A stretch of 64,000 bases of DNA from the human T2T-CHM13v2.0 reference genome, Homo sapiens (GCF_009914755.1 NC_060927.1), one strand, 5' to 3'. Numbered from the stretch's first letter, positions 15,658 through 27,374 are shown. The notes: generated by a model from the letters alone, not told the origin. Made by a program: numbers and translations.

Positions 15658-17578
15658 CTATCAAGGAAAAAAAAAAACACATTCTGAAATATTTTTAACT
15701 CATTTTAAAAATTGAATTGAACGTTTATTCAACTAAATTGAATACAGTAACTTAATTGAACGTCATACAGTATATTTAAAATATTTTACATTAGCCAAAA
15801 TTTGCAGGATTTTATTTTTGAAATGGAAATGAGGAGGGAAAAATCAGATTTTATCATCAAATTCTGCTTAACTTCACACTCTTTGAAATGAATCTCAACT
15901 ATTTCTCTGAAAATAAAGCCTTTATAAGTGTGACTATGTTCTCCATGGTACAGGTAATATTGAACAATTAAAAAAATAGAATGATAAAATAAATAGATCA
16001 ATTTATTCACTTATATACTAGAAAAAATAAAATTGACATTTTCCCTATTGTTGCCCATAGACCTAGGCAAAAGGAAATCCTTGGTCAGGGTCATAAGTTT
16101 TTAAGAGTCTCACATATCATAAATATCATTTATTAAAAAACATATGGGTTCTGACTCTCAGAATTCAACACTCAGTGCTGATAGCCGAATCTATAACCCT
16201 AAACATCAGCATCAACTCTTACGCCTAACAATTGTTCAGGCCCCAAGAGAAAGCTTTGAAACATTTCTTGCCTATGTCCTCCAAAACAAAAGATGATTGC
16301 ATCCAGTCGCCAGGAAAGTCTGTGAATTCTATAGCTTCCCTATCTGACACAAACACAGCTTGAGAAGGAGGAAGATATGAATGGCAGAGGTGCTTAAATA
16401 GGAGAAAAACCGATATAATTACCTAGTCAATTCCTTCCTGTCAGCATGAACACAATACATTCTCACAGAGCAAAAAATTTCCCATTAGTACATAAACCCT
16501 AACAGTCATAGAAGGTAGACATGACAAATTTACTATATTACACAATTCTCATTACTAGGTCTAGACTTATCATATGAATACTTCACTTTCATGTAGTATG
16601 TAAAAGAACATTATTTTATTAAATGTTTAATAGGATTTAACTAAATGTTTGAGAATATTAAATTAAAATGTTCAGTTTAATACAATTATTTGAATTAATT
16701 TTTGAAATTATTATTTAGAAGTTATATTTTGCATTTTAATTTCAAGATAAAACTTTTTGGAAAATAAGTTTTAGTTATTTTTACATTACTATACTTTGGT
16801 GAAAATGTATTTAATTTCTTATACTGGGAAAGCAATTACAGTCTTTTAGATGATTGAAAGTAACTTCACGTTTACATCATAGTATACATAAACGTGAAGA
16901 GCCAAAGAAGTTGAAAACAATAAAAAAACTCTTTAGAATGGTAGCTTGTTTATTTTTATTTAAGTGAAAAAAAAGAAAGAAACTAGATTTTACTTAAACA
17001 TGACCAACCTAAGTTTAGCATACAGGATACTACAAATGATTAATTTAATGAAGATTTATTTTTTAATCAAAATAATGAAAATGAGAAAAAAAAAGTATCA
17101 CCTCAAATTCAGAACTTGAACAGTTCAGATGAAAATCCTGCAATTTCACTTAATCATTCTTGATTAAAAGAACATTAAATGTGTCACTTGCATACAAAAA
17201 GGAGCAGGTGCATTTATTAGAACTGAAAGAAAACTGAATAAACAGCAACATATAGTGTTTAACAGTGATAAGAAAATGCCTATAGAGAATATCAGTTTGA
17301 AGTTATTTAAATAATAAAATTTGTTCATTTTTGCCAAGTGTGACATTGATTTTGTATACAATGTTTACAGAAAACAACAAAAAATATTTAGATTTAGTAA
17401 AAATGATCTCAAAAAGTGATGTAACATTAAACATGTAAACCTGATATAAATAATAAAATTAATAATCGCTAGACATGAGGAACATTTCCTGTCCCAATGC
17501 AAAACCAAACACCACTGAGGGCCATTTAGCATCACTAGGATTCTTGGCTTTGGTTCCTAATAAATATGTTAAATATAC

Positions 17579-17946
17579 TGGAGCAGGAAGAGCCGCAGAC
17601 AAAACCCCTCAGTAACCGAGTTAAAGAAGGACAGAGTTTATTCGGCTAGGAGCATCAGCAAGACTCCTGTCTCAAGAGCCGAGCTCTCTGAGTGCACAAT
17701 TCCTGTCCCTTTTAAGGACTCACAACTCTAAGCAGTTTGATCTTCAGTTACCAGGCCTGGAATGCAGTGCCAGGTTGTCTGGACTCTATTAACATAACCG
17801 GTTAGGTTAGATCTTCAGCTACCAGGCTTGGAATGCAGCGCAGGGCTGTCTGACTGATTTTATTTCTTGTCTTTTCTTTAACTCCTACTTTTTCTTTGAG
17901 GCAGAAATTGAGCATAGGGCAATATGGGGGGTGGTCTCCTTCCTTA
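17579..17946 (-). mobile_element. 3' LTR (LTR2 family)
   Basis: The minus strand starts taaggaaggagaccacccc. AATAAA at 17637-17642. Preceded by the polypurine tract aaagtggggaa. Confidence 0.9.
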
Positions 17947-18004
17947 TTCCCCACTTTGAGACTCTCACTTATTTTATTAGTGGGAGTTCTCATCTGTATC
18001 CTCA

Positions 18005-20036
18005 CTACCTGCGTCTTCCTGTATGACAGATCGATAGTGATTCATGTAGTACACTTGTGCTGAAGCATTCTGGTGAACTAGAGTAGTGTTGAAACCTTTC
18101 ACCTATTTGAATGAGTACAGGTAGTAAACAAGGGATCAGTAAGCAGGTTCCTATTACTACTATAATTCCTATTATAAGACTTTTAAATCCTCCTAGCACT
18201 GGGAAACATTTTCGAACAAGGCCTCAGGGTCAAATCCGTGTCATACTTGTACAGGCACATGTGCCAGTTTCATGAAGTCTTTAACTAGATCTTCGACTAC
18301 TTGCCCCTGGTCATCTACCTGCAGGCAGCAATTGGTAAGGTTAAATTTTCCACAGACTTCTCCTTCAGTTGCTAGCAAGTAGTCGAGAGTTAATCTATTT
18401 TGATAGATAGCATTTCTCATCTGAGTTTCTTGCCAGGCCAGAACAGTCAAGGCTTTACCAACGATCTCCAAGACAGCTTGCCACAATATGATTCGGTTGA
18501 GCATGTAATTGGGGGTCCGGTATCCCCATGAGCCATCTTGTGCCCAAGTGGCAGGCCCATAGTATTGTATAATTTTTTCAGGAGGTCATTCATCATCTTT
18601 TCAATTACCTATGGCTATGTTTCACTTTTCGCAGGAAGCATAGAGAGGGAAGCCCAGGAGTTCACCTGTTTTTATGGGCAGTAGGAAGAAAGATGGTTTA
18701 ATAGTGCCAGTAACACAACTTCCTGTCCACTCGTCAGGCAGCTTAGTGTAGGCTCTACGTCCACATATCCAGTATAGCCCAGTGGGGGCCGTTCAGTCCC
18801 AGTGGGATTCTGGGTGGGCCCAAACGGTCTGCAACTTTGGAAATTTATTGAATGGATTTTTGTCTGTGTGGTTTGAACTCCACCGTGTAACTGTTTTTGT
18901 GGTACCATTATACAGTTTTTGTCCCAGGCAACTAAGTCGTCCTACAGAATGAGTGAATTCTTTTCCTTCTCTAGCTATACAATAGTGTCCAATAATTGAG
19001 ACTTTTAGAACACAGAAATGATCAGGGTGATTCTTTTGGGCTGGGAATTCATCAAGAACTGGGTCTATAGGCACTAATTCTCAGGCTTCCCATGGCCATT
19101 GACCTTCCATTACAGTTCCTCCACAAACATAACTTGAAGTGACATTTAGAGACTGGGCTACATGCTCGGCTAACTGCAAAAACAAATTTCTTGTTTTTCC
19201 TGGAATTTCTGGTACTGGCACATTCAGTTTATCATAGAAGGTTTGAAATACTGGCTCAGGAGAGCATTTATAAACTTCTCAAACCATGATATTTACTCGA
19301 GGATTCAGTCCAGCCCTATCGATTCCTAGGGTTACACATTCCCTTTTTTTCCAGCGAGGATCAAGGGGGTTGGTTATTACTCATTCTAAGGGGTTACACT
19401 GACCACTGGTACAAGAAGGGCCACTTTTCCCTTTCTGAAGGTGACAGGATCCTTTTTACTTTTTTATCTAAGTAGCCTAAATGACACAAGACCAGCATCC
19501 ACATTCATTTCTACACAGTCTTAATTCATGACAAATGTGCTTATTTTCTGCCATATAGCCTCTTTCCTAATTAAGAGAAGCACATCCTATTTCTAACTTA
19601 TTACTATTAATGACAGCACAGGCATCAAATTTTAAGATGACTTGTTTGGGCACCCCTTTTTCTTTTGTTTTGGCTAACACTTTACTCATATCATTTATGA
19701 GCCTCTACGAGTCCTCAGTCCTTAATCTTATTTCAAAAACTGTGGTCATGGGAGGCTCAGATGGGTCATAACACACATCAGGTTGGTCATTGCTTGGGCA
19801 ACATACCTTGCATAGAATAGCATTATACAAACAATTTTTTTTAGAGTCCCGGTACCCTTATAATAATCATAAAATAATAGGACTGTAGCAACTTTTTGTC
19901 CCACCTCAGTGACTTGATGTATACACTGGGAACAGTCCTCAATCTGAGGGAGGTCAGTTGAAGTCCTTACTATACGAGTACAAATTTTAAGGAAAATGAG
20001 TCCCGCGATGAGTTTCCTCATGCTTCGGCCATGCAT
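18005..20036 (-). pseudogene. env: Disrupted HERV-E-type env
   Basis: N-terminus MRKLIAGLIFLK...DCSQCIHQVTEVGQ; TM with the immunosuppressive motif [10 protein letters not shown] and CX6CC ([10 protein letters not shown]); hydrophobic anchor in 18005..18199. Broken by stops and frameshifts. Confidence 0.9.
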
Positions 20037-20149
20037 GGACCAGTCAGCTTCCGGGTGTGACTGAAGCAGGGCTTGTCATCTTCTTCAGAGTCATTTTGCA
20101 AGGGTTGGCAAAGCTGCTCCCATCCACATACAGCTCCTAGTCTACTGAT

Positions 20150-20675
20150 GTTTAAGGATGGTCTTGGAGGTTGGGCCCACCAGACTAAAATGAGTCCAAT
20201 ACCTCTATACAGTTATGTTCAACTGGGCTCTCTGATACCGGGAGCAAGGTGGCGGGGTTTAGGGTATTGCAAACTTCAATGGTTACGCAGGGATTTTCAC
20301 AGAGCAAGCTTTGGTATCCAGTTAGTCTGGCATTCGTTAGCTAATGATGTCTTTTGGTATTTATTAAAGTCACCACAGCATAGGGGGACTTTATGTTTAG
20401 GTTTTGCCCAAGTGTTAGCTTATCTGCTTCTTGTGCTAATGGGGTCATTGCTGCCAGGGCCCTTAGACATGGGGGCCAGCCTTTGGAAACCACGTCTAGT
20501 TGTTTTGAGAGATAGGCCACTGGCCTTGGCCAGGGCCCCACAGTGTGGGTTAAAACTCCAACTGCCATTTTTCTTCTTTCTGACACATAGGGTGTAAAGG
20601 GTTTTGTCAGGTCAGGTAGCCTCAGGGCTGGGGCCAACATGAGTTTTTCTTTTAACTCATGAAAAGCTCTTTGCT
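20150..20675 (-). pseudogene. pol: Gammaretroviral pol fragment (RT connection/tether)
   Basis: APALRLPDLTKPF, RPVAYLSKQLD and GWPPCLRALAA, followed by LNPATLLP. Confidence 0.9.
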
Positions 20676-21460
20676 GTTGGTTGTTACAGATGTAGTTTAT
20701 CCAATTTACATTTTTATTAACTGACACCTACCAAAATATTGACTCAAATCCTGTAGCTATTTGATTTCAAGCTTTAAATTGATCCGGTATTCCCCGTGGG
20801 ACTCCAATTGTGTCTAAATGGACGTGAGAGTCGAAAGACCCATAAAGGGCTTCTCTCACTTTATGATGTCTTATTTTTCCTCCCTCTGGTTGATGAAATG
20901 CCAGGGTGAAAGAGATAGCCAGTTGGACTAAAGTACAAGTGCCACTCCAGTTATTCGGCAGAGTGCCCAGTAAAGGTCCACCAAAATACCACCACACATC
21001 TGCTTGGGGATGAACAAAGGCTGACTGACTGATAAGCTCTTGAAAATTTTTAAGCTCATGGCATCCTTTCAGGTCTCCAAGGAATGCTAAGTTTCCTCCC
21101 TGTCATGAGAGACACGAAGTGAACTTAGTATCGGAAGAGGGAGGCTGGATGGCCCTCGGGGGCTGACCCACAGGGTGCCGGACTTTGGGATATAGCAGAG
21201 AGAGCTTGGGGTGACTTATTACTCCAGGCTATAGAATCCTGGAAAAGAGCTACCATGCAGCCTATGCCTGGCCAACTAGAAGACCATCTTAATGGAAGGG
21301 GGACAATCTGGGCCTCTGGCCTGCCATGTGCACAAGCATAACAATTGCTTTTGTTTAACGTGCAGATGGAATATTTGATCCATTTTAACCAGGCATTTGC
21401 ATCTTGGTATCCTGTCTTAATTGCTAAAGTTTGTTTTAAGTCTTTAACTTCTATCATCCT
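20676..21460 (-). pseudogene. Second, unrelated env fragment (MER4-group-like)
   Basis: CXXC motif NCYACA, WSGTCTLVQL and IGVPRGIPDQFKA*NQIATGFESIF...WINYI. This is a different env type from the HERV-E env. Confidence 0.75.
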
Positions 21461-23479
21461 CTAGTAAAATGAATGTATGGTTTTAGGAAATTATAAAAAC
21501 AGGTTGGGGCAGTCCATCCTTGCTCTTTAGTGGTCCATAGAATGTTGGACCAACTATGGCATGAAAGCTCTACATCGGGGGGCAAGACTCCTGGTTGGCA
21601 CTGGGGTCTTTATCAAAATCTCCCCAGATTAAATGGTCCTAGTTTACTAATGCCCAGTCTGAGGAGAGTCAGGAGGGACAGAAGTACTTTTCTGAAGTAG
21701 AAAGCTGTCTCTGACTTGGCAAGTCCCCACAGGGTATAACAAGGCAAGCATTAAATGCAATAGTTTGAGGCAAAATTGACTTGGTTGTGTTAATAACCAG
21801 ATGGTCAGCAATAGAACGAAGAAAGAAGAAAGAGTAATAGAATAGATGAAAGGGTTAAATTTTTCTTAGCTTTAGTTTGGTAGGATTTTCCCCTGGGACT
21901 GTGGCCCATGACTCTGGAGGGTGTGGCACTTTGACTCAGATGTGATGAGTCCATCCCTTTTCCACTGTAGGAACAGCAGTCTCGGTGGTTAGCAGCACAA
22001 GGTAGGGTCCTTCCTAGGCCGGCTTGAGTTTTTCTTCTTTCTACACTTTGATAAGAAGGTGATCTTCAGGCTGGTGCTGGTTTACTGGAAATTCTAGGTG
22101 TGGTACATGTGCTAAAAGACTTTTAGTTTTAAGGGAAAGGAAAGTGGAAGATAAACCAAGTATATAATTTCTAAGAAATTGACTTTTTGTTTTAAATGTG
22201 GGGACATCAGCAGCGGACCTTATAGTCTTTGGTGCCTTCTTACTGAGAAATTTCCATTAGCACCTATTTTTATTAGATTTTAGACCAAAGAAAGCCAAAC
22301 ACCATTTTATATTTAATAATGCTTCTTGTATGATTTTTATACCAGATAAGTTAAATTTCACCTTTACATTAATGTGCTATTAATGTTAAACTTAGTTTTA
22401 ATAAAACTTTGTATACATATTTACTCAATTTTTAATGTTTGACCATAAGATAAGATTTTATAGACTCTTTTTAACCTTTTATAATTTTTGCTAAAGAGCA
22501 GGTTGGTGCTTTAAGAAAAACCTGTTATGCTTTTATTTTAATGTCCAGTTTACAGAAAAACTGGATGATACCTCTTTAACTTTAACCAATGTTTACACAC
22601 AGAATTTTCTTTCCAATTAACATTCTAGTAACTTTTAAATTATACAACATTTCTTGCATAAATTCTTTCTTTATAACATTTTTCTCTTTCACAACTTTCA
22701 CAGACAATTCTTCGACACATCTCAACTTTCTGACTTATTACAAACGTTTCTTTCTTTAAACAACCAGTTAATTTATTTCAGGACAAGAATTTACCATATA
22801 CCACTCTTTTTACATAAATTCTGCCCCCCATTTTCTCCCCCTCTTTTTTTTTTCGAAGATGATAACCACTCTTTTCCAAAGCAAACTTCTTTTATGTCTG
22901 TGGACTAGACTGTCTTAAGGCCACAAGATTAGAAGTTACTATAATACATGTTACACTGTTAACTTTTAGCAAAATTTACTTTTGTTGAAAACCTTGTAAG
23001 TTTGGGATTTTAATTATCCTTTGCTATTAATAAGACCTTGTTTTGTCTAAATTAACTTAGAATTGGTATAGATGGCCTTTTTTTTTTCTTCAATTACCTG
23101 GGAGGAAACATCGATCGTCCTGTCCTGAAGGGAGTTCCTTCTAGGTCTGGCCAGGTCTTTTTATGGTAATTAAGATTTAAATCCCTTGTTAGGAAACCTG
23201 CTGGGTTAAGGGGATTTTCTTTTTTTTCTAAAAGAATAGCCCCATACTTTAAGATTTTTGAGTTAGTAAGCTACTTTTTTGCTTTTTTGATTTAGGGTAG
23301 TTCTGAACTGAACTAGTGAGGTGTGCTCAAAGTGAGGTTTCCTCCAAAAGTTATTTTTCTACTATCTTCTGTTAGCAAAGCAGTTGCCGCTACAGGTTGA
23401 ATGTATTTGGGCCATCCATGGATTACTGAGTTAAGGATTTCTGATAGAAGGCTACAGGTTGTCAGTGGCCTCATTTGGC

Positions 23480-23941
23480 CCCTCTCTGCCTCTGTGCCCC
23501 TCTCTGCCTCTCTCTCTCTCTCTGCCTCTCTTTCTCTTCTCTCTGCCTCTCTCTCTCTCTCTGCCTCTCTCTCCTCTGTCTCTCTCTCCTTTCTGTCTCT
23601 CTCTCTCTCTCCTGTGTCTCTCTCTCTCTCCCCTCTGCCTCTCTCTACCTTCTGCCTCTCTCTCTCTCTGTCTCTCTCTCCTCTTTGCCTCTCTCTCTCC
23701 CCTGTCTCTCTCTCTCTCCCCTCTGCCTCTCTCTACCCTCTGCCTCTCTCTCTCTCTCTGTCTCTCTCTCCTCTTTGCCTCTCTCTCTCCCCTCTGTCTC
23801 TCTCTCCCCTCTGTCTCTCTCTCTCTCCCCTCTGTCTCTCTCTCCCCTCTGCCTATCTCTCTCTTTCTCTCTGTCTCTCTCTCTCTCCTCTTTGCCTCTC
23901 TCTCTCCTCTCTGCCTCTCTCTCTCCTCTCTGCCTCTCTCA
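23480..23941. repeat. ~460 bp (CT)-rich polypyrimidine tract with higher-order repeats inside proviral gag
   Basis: Almost purely C/T on the + strand, with repeated units such as ctctgtctctctctcctctttgcctctctctctcccc. Confidence 0.97.
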
Positions 23942-23944
23942 GCC

Positions 23945-24247
23945 ACTTATGCTGCAGTTCTTTCAACCACTGTGGAGGGATCTAAAACCATCTGTAACCA
24001 AGCATCTATGTACGGAAACTGGTCTGGGTGCCCTGGCTTTACAGGTTACCTTGTGCCATACCTTTGAAACAAGGGACCTGTCCAGGCTTTCTTCTGATGG
24101 TCAACCCACCTCTAATGCTGGCCAGTCTATTTTACATAAAGTTCTAAGTTTTCCTGGTGTCATAGTAACTCCATAGCCCTTAAATCCGTTTTTGAAATTT
24201 TTCAACATAGTTCCTAGTGGGGTAGGCTTTCTTTGTGCCTCACCCAT
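23945..24247 (-). pseudogene. gag: HERV-E gag (matrix) 5' fragment
   Basis: MGEAQRKPTPLGTMLKNFKNGFKGYGVTMTPGKLRTLCKIDWPALEVG resembles the HERV-E Gag N-terminus. Confidence 0.88.
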
Positions 24248-24528
24248 GTTTCCTTGAGACAAAACACCACACTCACACCACACGCACACCACAAAACAAA
24301 GAACGGGTAAAAATGCCACACACACACACACACTTTTACAGTTACACCAAACCAGAATCAAAACCAGAATCCGAGTATCAAGAAATCCAAGCCAGGTCAA
24401 AACCAAAACCAAACTATCAAGCAATCCAAGTCAAGTCAAAAACAAAAACCAAAGTGCTGGCACTGGCACATCGTGGGTGATCAGGTCATGCTTCCACTCA
24501 AATGGACTGGGCAAGTTCCCAAGACCAG

Positions 24529-24537
24529 TCTTACCAC
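24529..24537 (-). promoter_or_regulatory. Putative proviral leader splice donor
   Basis: The minus strand reads gtg|GTAAGA in the leader between the PBS and gag. Confidence 0.5.
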
Positions 24538-24777
24538 GTTTTAGATGTCCGGACTCCAAGTGCCAGTTCCTTCCTGGTGTTCAGCCACTGTGTTGATCCT
24601 CCACGGGGGCCTGCCACACACTGCTCTGGCGAGGCATCCCACCAGGGCAAATGCCTACCCGGGAGTCCTCTCAGGATCCACATTGCTCGGGCTGGTCAGA
24701 GTCCCCCTCAGGGTTGTTCCACAGGGCAAGCTTAAGCCACCTAAGGAGCTGCCTTAACCATCCGCCAATCACCTCAC

Positions 24778-24795
24778 TTCCCAGTCAGAGAACCA
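24778..24795 (-). promoter_or_regulatory. Primer binding site for tRNA-Glu
   Basis: tggttctctgactgggaa matches TGGTTCCCTGACCGGGAA at 16 of 18 positions, 5 nt from the 5' LTR. Confidence 0.9.
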
Positions 24796-24800
24796 AGAAA

Positions 24801-25167
24801 TGTAGCATGAAGAGCCTCAGAAAAAAACCCTCAGACACCGAGTTAAAGAAGGAAGGGGTTTATTCAGCCAGGAGCATCAGCAAGACTCCTGTCTCAAGAG
24901 CCAAGCTCCCCAAGTGCACAATTCCTGTCCCTTTTAAAGGCTCACAACTCTAAGGGGGTTGATCTTCAGTTACCAGGCCTGGAATGCAGTGCCAGGCTGT
25001 CTGGAATCTATTAACATAACCAGTTAGGTTAGATCTTCAGCTACTGGGCTTGGAATGCAGCACAGGGCTGTCTGACTGATTTTATTTCTTGTCTTTTCTT
25101 TAACTCCTACTTTTTCTTTGAGGCAGAAATTGGGCATAGGGCAATATGGGGGTGGTTTCCTTCCTTA
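24801..25167 (-). mobile_element. 5' LTR (LTR2 family)
   Basis: About 92% identical to 17579-17946 by manual comparison and adjacent to the PBS. Confidence 0.92.
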
Positions 25168-25929
25168 CTACCACTAATTATTTCTGGTTTTGCCTTTCCA
25201 ATCCACCAAAGTCAAATTATCTAAGCTGGACTACTCACAGACATCCTCCTATGAACTTCACTGTTTTCACTACACAGAGGAGAAGCACAGGTAACTTCAG
25301 GTCTGCATCCCTGAAAATTTTCTCCCTACTGTCCTTCCCAAGGAATTCCAAGTGATCCTTGATATAAGTGCCCTGGTAGAGTTCACTGATCCCAGAAGGC
25401 CCACCCCTGGCAGGCCACTGTTTCTGAAATTGCACAGGTTTCTATAGGTAAAGTATAACATAAGCAGCAGAGCCCCCCTATAATCCTGTCCTCCAGAACC
25501 ACCTTGTAGAGTACAACTCCTAGGAGAAAGTCCCTTTGGTATTTGACTTACTGTAGGTACCTTTAAATGAGGTCCAAGCTACCTGGCCATGAAGAATTCT
25601 GGTTTATCTTGTAGCAAGGGTGCATCTGCCTGTGCTTGTGCTTAAAAATACACAGCTTGAATCTCAGCCATGAAAAAATAGGTGAATTTGCTCTATTCTA
25701 CTTTTTGAGCATCTGTTAGCATCAGCAGGTAGAAGAGGCCATTTTAAATCACAGGTTCAGTAAAATGGTGAGAAGCCAACAGGCATCTCAAGACACACTT
25801 AAAAGTGTTTTCTCAGCTTTTGCCTATTAGTAACCAAATTTTCTGAGCCTAGAATGTCCATGGAAGAGAGGGCCAGTGAATCAAAATTCTCTCATCCCTT
25901 CTATAACTTCTACTATTTAAAATGCTGCA

Positions 25930-26137
25930 AATCAACATTATTCACAACAGCTAAAACTTGGAAGCAGCCCAAATGCTCACTGATGGATGGATGGATGGGT
26001 GGGTGGATGGATAGATGGATATGCAAAATGTGGTCCATTCATACAATGACATATTATTCAGCCTTAAGAAGGAAGAAAATTCTGACAGATGCCACAACAT
26101 GGATGAACCTTGAGAGCATAATCTGCAGTGAAATAAC
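25930..26137 (+). mobile_element. L1M 3'-end fragment containing (TGGA)n
   Basis: LFTTAKTWKQPKC...ATTWMNLE is typical of the ORF2 C-terminus. Confidence 0.8.
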
Positions 26138-26449
26138 TGAACCCTTTACCATTAAGTAATGCCCATCTTTGTCTTTTTTTAATCTTTGTTGGTTTAAATT
26201 CTATTTTGCCTGAAATCAGAATAGCAACTCCTCCTGTGTTTTGTTTTCAAATTGCTTGGTAGATTTTTCTCCATCTCTTTACTGTGAGCTTATGGGTGTC
26301 ATTGCATACGAGATGGTTTCTTGAAAACAGCATACTATTAGGTCTTGCTTCTTTATCCAGCTTGCCACTCTGTGCCTTTTAATTTGGGCATGTAGCCCAT
26401 TTACATTCAAGATTAATACTGATATGTCCAGATTTGATCCTGTCGCAGT
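26138..26449 (-). mobile_element. L1PA-type ORF2 5' (endonuclease) fragment fused to U6
   Basis: TGSNLDISVLILNVNGLHAQIKRHRVASWIKKQD...CCFQET matches the ORF2 N-terminus. Confidence 0.9.
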
Positions 26450-26556
26450 AAAAATATGGAATGCTTCATGAATTTTTGTGTCATCCTTGCACAGGAGCCA
26501 TGTTAATCTTCTCAATATTGTTCCAGTTTTAGTATATGTGCTGCCAAAGTGAGCAT
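26450..26556 (-). pseudogene. Full-length U6 snRNA retropseudogene
   Basis: The minus strand reads atgctcactttggcagcacatatactaaaactggaacaatattgagaagattaacatggctcctgtgcaaggatgacac...ttccatattttt, co-linear with U6. The ACAGAGA box is mutated. Confidence 0.95.
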
Positions 26557-27232
26557 GATATATGAATATTTTGCCTTTCAGAATTGCCCTGTGAGTCTTC
26601 CCTGTGAAAGAAAATGCTCTGTTGTAACTCCAAACTGGTTGGTTTTCTATCCTCCTGAAAGGGTTCTGATGATGATTTGATCACCATTTCTCTTACCCAT
26701 ACCAATAAGTCTATTGGAAATACTAGAGGAAGGCTCCATCTCCCACAGCTCTCTCATACAATATTTGTCAATACTTCTGGTCATCTTTCCCACACCCATG
26801 CTTATAGCTATATCTCTGATGCTCTATGGAGCCAATGCTGGCCTCGCAGAACCAGAAAAATTGGTCAAATTGCCTCAAGGCAGTTTCTCCAAGAATAAGA
26901 ATTAGACTCAGCTCTTCAGAATGAAGTAGGAATTAGACCAGATTGTGGGGAGACCCTGTGAGGGACATTGTCAATTAGTATCTCCTGACTAATATAGGTC
27001 CCACATGGGGGATTCTTGAAATTGTAAACAACACTTTCTTTTCAAGAATCTATATCCACTCTTGGGATGGTACTTTTATGCCATTATTAACTTTAGCCCC
27101 TCCTGAAACTATGGTACAGTTGCCACTTTCTCATGGAAAGCCAAAATTCTACTGGGAGCAGGATAAATATGCCATTTCCACTTGACAAGAGAAGCTTGTT
27201 GAGTACACCTTGTCTTTTTAGCCATAGACTCT

Positions 27233-27370
27233 GTATCAGTCCATTTTCCCACTGCCATAAAGAGTATCTGAGTCTGGGTAATTTACAAAGGAAATAGGTT
27301 TAATTGACTCACAGTTCCACATGGCTGGGGAAGCCTCAGGAAATGTACAATCGTGGCAAAAGGCAAAGGG
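27233..27370 (-). mobile_element. MaLR LTR fragment (MSTA/THE1-like)
   Basis: tgtatcagtccatttt...gactcacagttccacatggctgggg...cctcagg. Confidence 0.85.
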
Positions 27371-27374
27371 GATA

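Larger units (their letters stand above)
17579..25167 (-). mobile_element. Defective HERV-E/Harlequin-type provirus with two LTR2-family LTRs
   Basis: Two ~368 bp LTR repeats, PBS-Glu, PPT, HERV-E-like gag start and env, a pol fragment, and a degenerate 4 bp TSD (atac/ctac). Confidence 0.92.

Noticed and set aside
15808-15953. Plus-strand exon candidate (tttgcag...cag|gtaata)
   Set aside because: The polypyrimidine tract is poor, the donor is weak and there is no supporting frame.
18005-20036. Possible intact or co-opted env (syncytin-like)
   Set aside because: It is split into short frames by several stops and frameshifts; no full-length protein is possible.
20073-20597. 174 aa plus-strand ORF
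   Set aside because: It is antisense to the pol fragment, starts at a non-ATG codon and has no recognisable domain.
23401-24176. Longest ORFs in the track (164-233 aa; Leu/Ser- or Arg/Glu-rich)
   Set aside because: They are artefacts of the CT/AG low-complexity tract, which lacks stop codons in several frames.
26450-26556. Functional U6 gene
   Set aside because: It has many substitutions including the ACAGAGA box, no recognisable PSE/TATA upstream, and is fused to L1.
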